In this document: positions 1 through 11,471 of the stretch, piece after piece
How positions within the stretch are numbered: the stretch's first letter is position 1
Layout of the letters: each line of letters begins with the position of its first letter
Source: Nemertoderma westbladi
Lineage: Eukaryota > Animalia > Xenacoelomorpha
Direction of reading: 5' to 3'
NCBI GenBank assembly: GCA_032718475.1
Contig: JAUCBJ010004603.1
Location: 1-32,774, forward strand
DNA length: 32,774 nt
The notes under the pieces: generated by a model
Seen by the model: only the letters and a program-made list of their open reading frames with translations
Told to the model about the DNA's origin: nothing
The model's database searches: none
Made by a program: the position numbers and the translations under genes

Positions 1-232
1 AGGAGACCCAAGATCTTCTTCCCCGACGAGAGCAGTAGAGGCTAAATCCACTCGTCGACCACATCTCCGTCGATTCGGCGCGGCAGTTCGAAACGGTAGC
101 GACAGGGTGTTCCGCAAACCAGTCCAATACGGGTATTGGGTGGGTTGCAGGGTTACCCCGCGGATCGGATGGTTCTGCCACAACGAAACGACCCAGAACG
201 ATGAAAACTGTGGAGATTAAGAGCGGGGACAT
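1..232 (-). CDS. Possible first coding exon of a secreted protein (runs off window start)
   Basis: ATG at 232 on the minus strand (context gcacaATG) opens 77 stop-free codons to the window edge: MSPLLISTVFIVLGRFVVA-EPSDPRGNPATHPIPVLDWFAEHPV... The N-terminus looks like a signal peptide and the segment is GC-richer than the flanks. No homology recognised. Confidence 0.35.
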   Translation of the reverse strand, partial: MSPLLISTVFIVLGRFVVAEPSDPRGNPATHPIPVLDWFAEHPVATVSNCRAESTEMWSTSGFSLYCSRRGRRSWVS

Positions 233-341
233 TGTGCTGTCTGGCTGTAGTCTGACTCAGGGATAAAAACTGTATAGGCCTAGTACCGGTATCTTTCTTG
301 GTCTTATTGTCGGCAGGCCTACAGCTTCTGATAATGTGGTC

Positions 342-951
342 TGAGCATGTGGACGACTTCTGTTACCTGGGATCATGGATCCGGAAGTCAGGTGAGGATC
401 TTCGAATACGTAATGGAAAGGCATGGGCAGGCTTTCCAGGATTTGGAAGTCACCGAGAATTAATCGGAAACTTAAGGTCCGATTATTTAGAACAGCAGTA
501 GTTCCAGTACTCCTCTACGGGAGTCCATGCTGGGCTCTAACTGCTGAGGACACAAATTCTCTGGATGGCACATTCACAAGAATGCTACTCCGGGTTCATT
601 GTGTCAAGTACAATGCACACATCTCCAACCAGACATTATATAACATTGGAGGTGTCTCATTGGTTCCCCCAAGCTTGACACTAGAACAAAATCGCCTCCG
701 CTTTGCAGGACATTGCTTTCGCCGTGAGGACCAGCCAGTGCATAATATTGTACTTTGGCAGCCTCATGGAGTGAATAAGCATGACTTTCTTGAGATGCAT
801 CTTAAAGGACACAGGACTTGAAGATGCGGATGATCTAGCAAATGTCATGGGTGATAGGGAGTTGTGGCGGTGCAATTTTGTTGACAAGCCGGCACAGCAT
901 TCTTAAAAATGCAGCTGCAATGCAGCATGCCGATCCTAGTAGTAGTAGTAG
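342..951 (+). mobile_element. 5'-truncated, frameshifted copy of the RTE-clade LINE at 8488-12247
   Basis: Near-identical to the reverse complement of ~8488-9117 (EHVDDFCYLGSW...DKPAQHS*, same short 3' UTR, (TAG)n tail at 937-951). Two small deletions near 430 and 783 break the frame. No TSD seen. Confidence 0.95.
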
Positions 952-1441
952 TTTCACGTTGTCATAAATCTAGTCTGTCTGTCTGTCGGTCATTCTGTTA
1001 GTCAGTCTGTCAAATCATAAAAAATAATTCAAATTAACTAACATTCTCGCTACGGGGGTTTTAAGGGGTGCTGATTTCATTTCTGATGTCAGTTTTCAGG
1101 TTTACATTAATCTAGTTTGTCGGTCTGTCGGTCTTTCTGTCAGTCAGTCAGTCTGTCAAAACTTAAAAAAGAATACAAACTAACTAACATTCTCGTTATG
1201 GGGGTTTTAATGGGTGCTGATTTCATTTCAGATGTCAGTTTTCACGTTTAATAAATCTAGTCTGTCTGGCTGTTGGTCTGTCGGTCTTTCTGTCAGTCAG
1301 TCTGTCAAAACTTAAGAAAGTATACTAACTAACCAACATTCCCGCTATGGGGGTGTTAAGGGTTGCTGATTTCATTTCTGATGTCAGTTTACACGTTTAC
1401 ATAAATCTAGTATGTCTGTCTGTCGGTCTTACTGTCAGTCT
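952..1441. repeat. ~145-bp tandem repeat, ~3.3 copies, with (TCTG)n microsatellite
   Basis: AATCTAG landmark recurs at ~967, 1109, 1254 and 1404; each unit has GGGGTTTTAAGGGGTGCTGATTTCATTTCTGATGTCAGTT. Resembles internal repeats of Helentron/DINE-like elements (inference). Confidence 0.85.
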
Positions 1442-1690
1442 GTACTACTGTACTGTGGTTGGCATTACGCCATATACCTAACATTGATAATACAGTCTAC
1501 AATAAAGCCTATCTACAGTACAGAATGGATTTTTTGCCATGAAGAGCACTAAATTTCTTTAATACTATCCACCAGTATACCTAGACCAAGAGCCTTCCAA
1601 TAAAACATGTATTGCAGCATGACGTCCACTGCACGTCTTAGTGTTGTCCATGGTGAAATGCACTGGACGTCATAGGCTCTAAGGGGTTAA

Positions 1691-2079
1691 GCAACACGGT
1701 CCCTACTTCGCCCTGTCGACACCCCAGCCATTTTTCACCAATCCGTTTTTAGAGTTTTTAAATTTTTTTGTTATTGGTGAAAGTTCTAGAACATTAGTAG
1801 ATATGTTTTTTATGATAGCTACCGGTAGTGTTTTTTAGCTAGCTAGTATTTTTATAAATTATAAAAAATGTGAAAGTCCATGATATTTCAGGTTAAACTG
1901 TTGAAGAATAATATATTAATGACCAAAATAATTTCCAAAAATTACTAGCTAGTAAAAAATACTAGCATTATACCATAAACTAAACCATCTACTAAGGTTC
2001 TAGAACATTCACTAATATAAAAAAGCAATCAAAATCACAAAAAAATAACAGTTAAAAAACTCATTCGGGACCCTTTTGC
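1691..2079. mobile_element. Palindromic MITE flanked by TTAA
   Basis: TTAA at 1687-1690 and 2080-2083; imperfect TIR GCAACACGGTCCC / GGGACCCTTTTGC; long internal inverted arms (GTTCTAGAACATTAGTAGAT ~1783 vs ATCTACTAAGGTTCTAGAAC ~1987; TAGCTAGTA ~1840 vs TACTAGCTA ~1943). Confidence 0.65.
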
Positions 2080-2111
2080 TTAAGGAGTCAAAATTGTAGA
2101 AAAAATTCCCG

Positions 2112-2158
2112 AAGTTTGCGACGTTTGCGAAATTCGCGACGTTTGCGAAATTCGCGAA
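2112..2158. repeat. Short 18-bp tandem repeat (GCGACGTTTGCGAAATTC)x~2.5
   Basis: Read directly. Confidence 0.7.
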
Positions 2159-2660
2159 GAATCCGTCAGTTTCTGTGCCCTAATGGGTTCGTGCCAAAAC
2201 AATCAAATCTTACACACTTAACTAACTAACACACTAACTAATTTAAAGTGGGTATTAGTATGCCTGAATAATTAAATAGAAATTAAGTTAATGAACGCCA
2301 TTTCAACATAAAATCTACGGAATCAATACACAACACACGCACACTACTGAATTTAAAAATTTATATAGATTGCAACTTATATTTGGCTACCTTTTAATGG
2401 GTGACTAATTTAATTATTCAACCCTATATATTTGTAGCCTTTTTAATTTGTGCCTTTAATTGAATCAAACATTAAACTAAAATATATGTCACAATATTGG
2501 TTTGTCTGTAGCTGGTCAATGAATCCCTCATAAATTTGTTAATTAGTCGCTGCTCAGTCATTGAACATTTGAACACGTGCTGCTCGAAGACCCCACAACG
2601 TGTACATACCACACGGACAATTATTGAATGACTTATACAACTATTCTAAACAGTTTACAT

Positions 2661-3268
2661 AGACTAATCCCTGGTCCAACCAATTCCGGACCAATCACTG
2701 GTCCATCCAGTTCCGGACCAATCCCTGGTCCAACCAGTTCTGGACCAATCCCCGGTCCAACCAGTTAACCAGTTCCGGACCAATCCCTGGTCCAACCAGT
2801 TTTGGACCAATCCCAGGTCCAACCAGTTTCGGACCAATCCCTGGTCGAACCAGTTCGCGGACCAATCCCTGGTCCAACCAGTGCGGGACCAATCCCTGGT
2901 CCAACCAGTGCGGGACCAATCCCTGGTCCAACCAGTGCGGGACCAATCACTGGTCCAACCAGTTCGGGACCAATTCCTGGTCCAACCAGTGCGGGACCAA
3001 TCACTGGTCCAACCAGTTCGGGACCAATCCCTGGTCCAGCCAGTTCGGGACCAATCCCTGGTCCAACCAGTGCGGGACCAATCACTGGTCCAACCAGTTC
3101 GGGACCAATTCCTGGTCCAACCAGTGCGGGACCAATCACTGGTCCAACCAGTTCGGGACCAATCCCTGGTCCAGCCAGTTCGGGACCAATTCCTGGTCCA
3201 ACCAGTGCGGGACCAATCACTGGTCCAACCAGTTCGGGACCAATCCCTGGTCCAACCAGTTCGGGACT
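2661..3268. repeat. 27-bp minisatellite, ~22 copies (GGACCAATCCCTGGTCCAACCAGTTCG)
   Basis: Read directly. Left copies are 28 bp and more diverged, right copies 27 bp and homogeneous. Explains the repetitive ORFs on both strands. Confidence 0.97.
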
Positions 3269-3324
3269 AAAGCCAATGGTATTATGTTTTAACTGTCAAT
3301 AAATCCGTAATAAAATTTCTGCCT

Positions 3325-6300
3325 TGAAGTTACTGGTATCTACTTTCAACGCGAATCCCCTCATTATCTGTTTAACATAAATTAATCTTCTTGAAGAAGA
3401 ATCTGACGATATTTTTGCGAATGAAGGACTTGATGGATTTCTTATTTATCGCCGTAATCGTCCAGGGCCAAACCGTGGCGGTGGTGTAGCAATGATTGTC
3501 TCCAATGTTTTGCTGCCCTCTGATGTAGATCTCCCTCATAAAGGGGAAAGTATCTGGGTTGACCTCAATGTGTATTATTGTTCCCTTTCGGATTGGCTGT
3601 GTTGATATTTCGGACCCGTATATGGCAACAGAATGTTCTTTTAACTACCTCTCTTTCATTGAAGATTTAAATTCATTTTCAATTCAATTTAAATTCAAAT
3701 TCATTCGAATCTCCAAACTCTAATTACAGACGACTATAATTTTCGGCACATAGATTGGAATATTCCTTGCCCAGCTCCAATTCGTCATTATCGTTCGATC
3801 ACGGCTAGATTTCTAGAATCAATCTTGGACCTTTATCTGCATCAGCTTATCTCTGACCCAAATCATATAAAAGGTGGTATCTTAGATTTGTTACTTACTA
3901 ATGTTCCAAACATAGTTGATAATGTATTTGTGGGTGAACGATTCGGTCTCTCTGATAAAAAAGTAATCATAGAATCCTATATGCCACCCTCCCTCCTGTC
4001 AGTTCTGGAAGTAGCACATCAGTTACTCGTGACTGGAGTAGAGTTAACTGGGACGAAATTAATGGAATCTGTGCACAGATTAACTGGGATGATGTGGTTA
4101 ATGAAAATTTGAATGCCATACAAAATTCTAAAGCACTTGAATTTATTCTGAACTCCATAATTTCTGATTGCGTTCCCTTGAAGTCCTGCACTCGTCCCAA
4201 ACAGCATCCACAAATAAAGAAACTGCTCCGTCGTGCTCATCACATTAGAAACAAACTGTCCTTGACTAGCGACCCAATTAGACATTCAATACTGCAGGAT
4301 TTTCTGGATAATATAAACGTTCTTATTGAAGTACAGTAGCATACATGGAAGCCATGCACAACTATGAAAATTGGATTCTGCAACACAAAAATACATAACA
4401 ATTCTGGTGTTACACCAAATCTCAAATTAGTCTAAAATCAGTCATATGTACCATCAATGAAGGATTCTCAGGGTAACATTGTCACTGTTAGCACCAAGAA
4501 GGCCAACCTATTTAATGAGACTTTTGTATCTGCTTTTACAGTTGATGCCAGTACCAATGCGCATAAATGTACTTCAGATAAGAAAACACCAACAAGAATC
4601 TTACTTCTGACTTGAATCAGCCCAACCAAAATACTCTCAACCATATTGTCTTTGAATCCCATGTGGTTTACAAGAACTTGTTGAAGCTGAAACCCGGAAA
4701 GGCTCCTGGACCTGATTACATTCCAACAATATTGTTACGTAATTTGGCCCCATTCCTTGCTACTACTCCGTTAACTAAGCTATTTCAACAGTCTTTGGGC
4801 TCAGGTATTATTCCGGATTCATGGGTTTTATCGCATATCATTCCTGTATATAAAAAATCAGGCTCTCGTTCAGATTACAGGCCAATTTCCCTGACATCAA
4901 TATTAGCCAAATTGATGGAAACTATAGTGAAAGGAAAAGTTGTGAAGCACCTTTACCAGTCTAAATTGATTACATCTCTGCAACATGGTTTTCTCAAAGG
5001 GAAATCTACATTCACTCTGCTCCCGGAGTGTTCTCTGGACTGAGTTAATATTCGTAACTTCCGAGGGCGAGTAGACATTATCTACACTGATTTCAAGAGA
5101 GCATTTGACAAAGTTTCCCACAGTAAACTCATTTCAAAATTAGAATCTTCTGGTATTTCCGGGTTGCTGCTGCATTGGATCTCTGTATTCCTCCTCACTA
5201 GATACCATCATACAATTATTGATGGACGTCTCTCTGCTTTTGCTAAGGTCACAAGTGGTGTTCCACAGGGCAGTATCCTAGCCCCACTACTTTTTATTAT
5301 TTTTATAATCTTATAACCGACACATTATTTTTATAAATGACATTGATGATCTCATTCTGAAAGACACATTTATCAGATTATATGCAGATGATACAAAGCT
5401 CTACCGACATATTTCAAACAATTATGATGCATTATACTTGCAGCAAGACAACGATTCTCTTTCTTAGTTGGGCTTCTGATTGGAATATGGAGTTTAATGT
5501 TAAAAAGTGTTGTCTAGTTTCACTTATGGCCCCCAACACTTCCACTACAGTAATTCACACTTATAATATGAATGGAACTCCGCTGAAAGCTAATGAGTGT
5601 AACAAAGACTTTGGAATTATAATTTCAAAGGATTTACTGTTTAGTGAACATGTCGAATTCATCTGCGCCAAGGCAAGAAATTGAAGTTCTCAAATCAGAC
5701 GTGCATTTGGCCACCGCAGTAGCCAGTTTCAATTAAATCTGTTTTGCACTTTTGTTAGACCCGTCCTCGAATACAATAGCTCCATTTGGTCTCCAATGCT
5801 TGGCAAAGATATAAACAGATTACAGTAGAACGGGTTCAAAGAGAGTTTACTACTGTAGGTGATTGCCTGGGGTTCTCTGGTCTGGTTTAACCTATTCTTG
5901 TAGACTAACTAAATTGAAGAGCGCAAGGGTCAAAATCGACCTCACTGAAATGTATAAAATCATTCGAAGTGGTTAGTCAGAAAAAGTTTACTTCCACGTC
6001 GCTTCTAATTCAAGAACGAGAGGACACCAATGGAAAATAGAGCGACCCAGATCAAATGTTGCTATTTACCATCATCATTTCACTGTCCGCCATATCCCTA
6101 CCTGGAACTCTCTTCCCATTATACAGAGTAGTCGTAATGTCGCCATCACTCAAAGTATGGCCCATGTGAAGAATACCAGACTTTGTGCCGTTATATTTCA
6201 CTTTGCAGTTACCCCCATGTGAAGAATACCAGGTTTTCACCAAAACAACAGGTTACAGAAGGGCTGAATCTAACCAAAACAAATAAACGAATTAGTATAT

Positions 6301-6900
6301 GTACAGGTTATAAGACAGAAATAAGCGCTATAAAACACTTAATAAAGATAAATTAAAAAAATAAAAAATCTTCATATATAAAATTCCAATAAAAAGTCGA
6401 CCGAAAAGTGAAATCCTGGTATTCTTCACATGGGCGCGAAGTATTTAAAATGAACCTAGCCGAGACTGATCTGCTCCATAAATGCAAGGGACTCTGGAAG
6501 ACCACAATGGAGACTATCCGCCCACCCCTCCACCCCGACTGAATGGAACTAAGAAATAACAAATAGCCAAAAAGAACTCAATATATATATATACTATCTA
6601 ATAAACTCAATATAAAATCAATAAAACTCAATATAAACTCAATACAGTATTTTACTCTATATTGGTTTTCATTTTACTCTTAACTATATTTTAGATAGTT
6701 TTAATTATTTTAAATTTGATTTTAAATTTTAAGCACTTTTAGTGCATGGTACATATACCATATAACCCAGTGGTATTGTATGGCTGGGTGACTATTTTAC
6801 TTTAGTGACGATGCCACATTTGTCTAAATTCTTGTTAATGTATTTATAACTTGTTTGTTTATGTTCATGTCATTAAATTAAAATTCATGAAATTCATAAT
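3325..6900 (+). mobile_element. Decayed CR1-type non-LTR retrotransposon (EN + RT pseudogene)
   Basis: Ordered motifs across frameshifts and stops: STFNA, YRRNR..GGGVA, DYNF..IDW, ILDLLLTN (APE endonuclease); KAPGPD, YRPISLTS, QHGFLKGKS, YTDFKRAFDKV, GVPQGS, YADDTK, WNMEFNVKKC, RPVLEY, RTRGH, WNSLP, and SLKVFK..L split by the insertion at 6159-6438. The 3' UTR end (~6900) is approximate. Confidence 0.9.
6159..6438. mobile_element. MITE-like element with 20-bp TIRs inserted in the CR1 ORF end
   Basis: GCCCATGTGAAGAATACCAG (6160-6179) / CTGGTATTCTTCACATGGGC (~6417-6435); AAGTAT repeated at 6153-6158 and 6439-6444; second copy inverted at 29143-29617. Confidence 0.85.
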
Positions 6901-7247
6901 TTAAACGTTAAAGGGTACCGTAATGTTGTTAATGTAACGTTAGGTCCAAATCATTATTCCTGTATTCCGCTGTTTGCTGTTACACCGGATGCCGGAACCA
7001 CCGGTTCCGGTCTGCCGGTAGGCCAAATTAACCAGACTGCCAGACCGCCATCTGTAAGTCAGTAAGTACCGGTACTGAAAGGAGTACCAACAGACCAATG
7101 GGTTGAAGCTGAAGGCAGGAAGGGTAACTCTGTAACTCTGTAACTAGGTATAGGTAAGTACCAAGGACAGCTCTAGTAGTGTAGTAGAGTAGTAGAGCTG
7201 TCCTTGGTAAGTACAGAAGTACTGAAGTAGGCCTAATTGGTACCGGT

Positions 7248-7835
7248 ATGCCTGCTAAATGCATAAATGAAAACCGAAAACAACCGATGTTGGATTGTGC
7301 TTCCTGCAGTCCCGGGCAACGGCTAACTGACAAAATTATGAAATACGACGTTGCCATTCAAACTGATAATTCTTATCTTAAGAAATGTCGTACCGGTACT
7401 GGTACCGGTAGGCCCAGGCCTATCGGTCATAATAATACCAGTAAGACAACAAACAACTGCGAAAACTCAACTACAATAAGACAGCGGGGCGTAATTAACG
7501 GTACATCGACTTCTGTTCGAAACAAAGGCTATCGTGATTGCGATAGGCCTACACAAATCACTCCCGGTAGTCACAGCCGTAGTGCTACGAGAGGCGTGGG
7601 TAACAGTGCCCGGCACGACAACGGTTCTTCTTCTTGTACCGGTACCGGTAATGCAACCGACAAAGATTACACACCGATTATCGCCATCCTTCCGTATAAT
7701 AGGAAAAGGATTAACTGCTGTTACATTCCGGATAAAGTATACGAAAAATGGTGGAACGATTGTTTCGTTAAGTATTGCGTTGATCAGGATAACGGTGCTA
7801 TCCGCTTTCCCTATCCTTCACTGCATTCCTGTTAG
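7248..7835 (+). CDS. Hypothetical 195-aa ORF (T/S/N/G-rich middle, Cys/aromatic C-terminus)
   Basis: ATG-started non-repetitive ORF in an AT-rich background; no recognisable domain. Confidence 0.3.
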   Translation: MPAKCINENRKQPMLDCASCSPGQRLTDKIMKYDVAIQTDNSYLKKCRTGTGTGRPRPIGHNNTSKTTNNCENSTTIRQRGVINGTSTSVRNKGYRDCDRPTQITPGSHSRSATRGVGNSARHDNGSSSCTGTGNATDKDYTPIIAILPYNRKRINCCYIPDKVYEKWWNDCFVKYCVDQDNGAIRFPYPSLHSC

Positions 7836-7939
7836 TTTAACCCTTCCCCGGTAACGTGGGATAGAATAATACCCCAATGGGATGAATTTTGTTATTTGTT
7901 GTCGATCTCTCATATGTATCATGTATGTCCAGAGTTCAT

Positions 7940-8275
7940 ATATAGGAAAAGGTGCTTCCTATATCTGTATATAGGAAATTTTTGCCATTTTTCTGAACAT
8001 TTTCTTCGTTATGTTTTGAAATAAATTTTAGCGGCATATTTGAATTCCTGGTTATTGGAGGATAATCTATACCGGTACTACGTTTGTTGTGAAAACTAGA
8101 AAAAAAACTATCTGTGTGTTCGCTTTCTATAGCCAGATAGCCATTTTAAAAACGTTACTTTTTCCGAGAATTTCTTATATAGGAAATATATTTTGGAATT
8201 CCTATTTAGGAGTTGAACTTATTTCTTATTTAAAATATTTTATGTCTTGATTTTTCTTAATTAAGAAAAATTATG
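7940..8275 (+). repeat. Interspersed AT-rich repeat, inverted copy at 14422-14735
   Basis: Long near-identical blocks such as GAAATAAATTTTAGCGGCATATTTGAATTCCTGGTTATTGGAGGATAATCTA and CCTATTTAGGAGTTGAACTTATTTCTTATTTAAAA match the reverse complement of 14422-14735. Confidence 0.85.
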
Positions 8276-8528
8276 ATTTGCCAGTTCAATTTAAGACGAT
8301 GTCAATCAGTTAATAATGTAGAGTGCGATAAATTACTGTAAACTTAGGAACACGAACTTTCTTCCTAAAATGTGAAAATGCGATTTTTGTTCCAATTCAC
8401 ATCGAACTTTGTTCCTATTTTTGCGAATTTCGTTCCTATTTGAGTGAATTTTGTTCCTATGAAATTTAATTAGTCTGTCTGTCTCGCTACTACTACTAGG
8501 ATCGGCATGCTGCATTGCAGCTGCATTT

Positions 8529-11426
8529 TTAAGAATGCTGTGCCGGCTTGTCAACAAAATTGCACCGCCACAACTCCCTATCACCCATGACATTTGCTAG
8601 ATCATCCGCATCTTTAAGGCCAGTGTCCTTTAAGATGCGTCTCAAGAAAGTCATGGGCTGTCCACCATGCTTATTTACTCCATGAGGCTGCCAAAGTACA
8701 AGATTATGCACTGGCTGGTCCTCACGGCGAAAGCAATGTCCTGCAAAGCGGAGGCGATTTTGTTCTAGTGTCAAGCTTGGGGGAACCAATGAGACACCTC
8801 CAATGTTATATAGTGTCTGGTTGGAGATGTGTGCATTGTACTTGACACAATGTACCCGGCGTAGCATTCTTGTGAATGTGCCATCCAGAGATTTGGTGTC
8901 CTCAGCAGTTAGAGCCCAGCATGGACTCCCGTAGAGGAGTACTGGAACTACTGCTGCTCTAAATAATCGGACCTTAAGTTTCCGATTAATTCTAGGTGAC
9001 TTCCAAATCCTGGAAAGCCTATTCAAGGCTGCCCATGCCTTTCCCTTACGTATTCGAAGGTCCTCACCTGACTTCCGGATCCATGATCCCAGGTAACAGA
9101 AGTCGTCCACATGCTCAAGCATACCATCCTTTGAGCTTATGCTCATCCGATCAGAGACTTGCTGAGGACTTTCAAAGTTAACTGTCAGAATTTTGGTCTT
9201 TCTGGAGTTAATAAAAAGACCAACACTAGAAGCAGCATGTTCTAATGAGCTGAGGAGCCGCTGGGCTCCCTCTAATGATTCTGAGAGTACTCCTAAGTCA
9301 TCAGCAAAGCCTAGATCAGTTAGGTACTTGGCAGGATTTCCTCGACTTCTGGAGCCAGTAGGTGGAGTTATCATCACCCCATCATCATTATGATGATCTA
9401 AGGACATGCGTAGAACATAGTCAACCACAATAATGAACAAGAATGGTGCAAGTGTGTCTCCTTGGAGGACGCCCCATAACACTTCAAATGGTTCTGTGTC
9501 ACCGTCAACAGTAGACACAAATGTTGTCGAACCATCGTATACTGATCTGATTGCTGCAATAATTTCATCAGGAATCCCATATAATGAAAGTATGCTGAAC
9601 ATACGTGAGCGAGAGACTGAATCAAAGGCCTTGAAGAAGTCAACAAAGATAACAGCCAGATGCCTGTCTTTCTTTTTTGATAACTCTTCAATTATCCTTC
9701 TAAGTGCCAAAATGGGCTCCATGGTCCCACGACCTTTACGGAACCCATTCTGATTTCCACGTAGCAGTCTCTCAATGGGATCCCTGATGCGATTTAATAG
9801 AATTCTATTGTATAGTTTTGCAGCAATCGAGATCAATGAGATTCCCCGAAAAGAACCATAGAGTGTTAGGTTGCCCTTCTTGGGAACTGGCACCAACTTA
9901 TTTGTTTTCATTTCTTGTGGGACTCTTGTTGTACGGTACATGTCTACTATGATGGGATAGATGAGCTTTAAACACTCAGGTATTTTAAAGACCTCAGGGG
10001 GAACACCATCTACTCCACTGGCACGATTGGTCTTAATGCTCTTTGCAGCAGCCTTCACTTCTGCAAAGGAGATATCGCCAATGGGAATATCTGGGAGTAC
10101 AGACTCAGACACTTTTACTTCTATAAAGTTATCAGGCAATACCCTGTCATTATTGAGGAGCTTTTCAAAGTGGGCTTTCCAACCATTGAGGCGATCGGCT
10201 GGTGATTCAGCCTTAACCTTGGTGGTTGGTTGGCTTTTCCGCCCAGTAAGCAGATTGATCGATTTCCATGCCTGGGATGATTGCCTGCTGTCGTCAGCAT
10301 CATTAATGGCATCAACCTGTTGGTTTATTAGCTCCTGTAGATTAACAGAGTACTGCCTGTTCAGGGACCTAGATGCAGCTTTAACTGCATTCTTGGCTGC
10401 TGTAGTCTGTTTGAGTCGGGACTCTTTCTGCGCCTTATGAAGGTCATTTCGGCACTTCTGAATTTTGTTGTCAGTCCAGGGGGCCCTTTTCCTGTTTCGA
10501 GGGTATACAGGAACTGTTTCTGCAGCTGCTAACTTAACTGCTTCTGTAAAGGCAGTATAGCCCTCACAGTGATCTGCCGCCTCAGAGGCAAGAGCCTCAT
10601 ACCTGTTGCTCAGCTGTAGTGTGAAGCTGGATCTCACACTTGGCTGTTGCAACAGAGAGGACCAGTCATGCCGTGGCAAGGCAGATTTCGTTGTTCTGCT
10701 AGCACGCAGACTAAGTCTTACCTTGGCCACAATAAGGCGGTGATCACTGGAGAAGGGTCGAAGTGTAAATGCATTACAGTCTTGTATAGAGCTCCTGTAT
10801 TTCCTACGAAACAGAATATGGTCTATCTGGGACTTGTGACCACTGGGTCCACTATGAGTCCATAGCTTTCCAGTTCGCTTCTTGAACTGGGTTCCAGCCG
10901 AAAACAATCCATTTCCAGAGATAAAATCCTGAAGATGGACAGAATTTCGGTTAACACTATTGCTATAGACCCAGGGCGATGTAGGTGATTGATGCAGACT
11001 TGCATTAAAGTCTCCCAGGAATGTTAAGAATGCATGCTGATCCACTCCATCAGTTGCTGCTTGTAGATTGTGGTAGAAATTTTCCACCTCCTCTACAGGG
11101 GCAACACTAGTTGGAGAGTAGCACACAATCAGAACCACCTTAGGAAACTTCTTAGCCAGTCTTCCAGAACATGAGAAGTGGCAACGGATGATGCGGTTAG
11201 AGATTTGGTCTATTTTGTCCAATGCTGCATGTGCAGTTGGATTCATCAATAGACCAATTCCACCATTGCCACTATCAACTGCTGACGCGAGGGCGAGTCG
11301 CCAACCGCCCCCCATGTCCTTAATCAGAACCTCATCAGTCTGTCCAGTCTGCATTCGGTGCTCTTGAACACCCACTGCGCTAAGAGAAAGCTTATCTGCC
11401 AAGGCAGTCAGTTCACCTTGTCGCAT
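8529..11426 (-). CDS. APE endonuclease / reverse transcriptase of RTE LINE (965 aa; frame open back to 11471)
   Basis: GVQE, YSPT, GDFNA, IDHI, SDH (EN); FRGISL, QNGFRKGR, FVDFFKAFDSV, GVLQGDTLAP, FADD, YLGS, LLYGS..W, RLRFAGHCFR (RT and RTE-type C-terminus). Confidence 0.97.
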   Translation of the reverse strand: MRQGELTALADKLSLSAVGVQEHRMQTGQTDEVLIKDMGGGWRLALASAVDSGNGGIGLLMNPTAHAALDKIDQISNRIIRCHFSCSGRLAKKFPKVVLIVCYSPTSVAPVEEVENFYHNLQAATDGVDQHAFLTFLGDFNASLHQSPTSPWVYSNSVNRNSVHLQDFISGNGLFSAGTQFKKRTGKLWTHSGPSGHKSQIDHILFRRKYRSSIQDCNAFTLRPFSSDHRLIVAKVRLSLRASRTTKSALPRHDWSSLLQQPSVRSSFTLQLSNRYEALASEAADHCEGYTAFTEAVKLAAAETVPVYPRNRKRAPWTDNKIQKCRNDLHKAQKESRLKQTTAAKNAVKAASRSLNRQYSVNLQELINQQVDAINDADDSRQSSQAWKSINLLTGRKSQPTTKVKAESPADRLNGWKAHFEKLLNNDRVLPDNFIEVKVSESVLPDIPIGDISFAEVKAAAKSIKTNRASGVDGVPPEVFKIPECLKLIYPIIVDMYRTTRVPQEMKTNKLVPVPKKGNLTLYGSFRGISLISIAAKLYNRILLNRIRDPIERLLRGNQNGFRKGRGTMEPILALRRIIEELSKKKDRHLAVIFVDFFKAFDSVSRSRMFSILSLYGIPDEIIAAIRSVYDGSTTFVSTVDGDTEPFEVLWGVLQGDTLAPFLFIIVVDYVLRMSLDHHNDDGVMITPPTGSRSRGNPAKYLTDLGFADDLGVLSESLEGAQRLLSSLEHAASSVGLFINSRKTKILTVNFESPQQVSDRMSISSKDGMLEHVDDFCYLGSWIRKSGEDLRIRKGKAWAALNRLSRIWKSPRINRKLKVRLFRAAVVPVLLYGSPCWALTAEDTKSLDGTFTRMLRRVHCVKYNAHISNQTLYNIGGVSLVPPSLTLEQNRLRFAGHCFRREDQPVHNLVLWQPHGVNKHGGQPMTFLRRILKDTGLKDADDLANVMGDRELWRCNFVDKPAQHS

Positions 11427-11471
11427 TGGGGACCCGAGTGTTAGGGTGTTTACTGAGGCTAGTCTAGTGAC

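Noticed and set aside
1615-1690. piggyBac-like right end (…GACGTCATAGGCTCTAAGGGGTTAA) with internal inverted repeat
   Set aside because: No matching left end in the window; too weak to annotate.
2695-3302. Pro/Gly-rich repeat proteins (GPIPGPTSA)n and others
   Set aside because: Open frames on both strands of a 27-bp minisatellite, with 28-bp units breaking the frame; no coding evidence.
8996-11005. Small ORFs overlapping the RTE ORF, and similar ones over the CR1, RT and gag regions
   Set aside because: Antisense or alternate-frame shadows of TE coding sequence.
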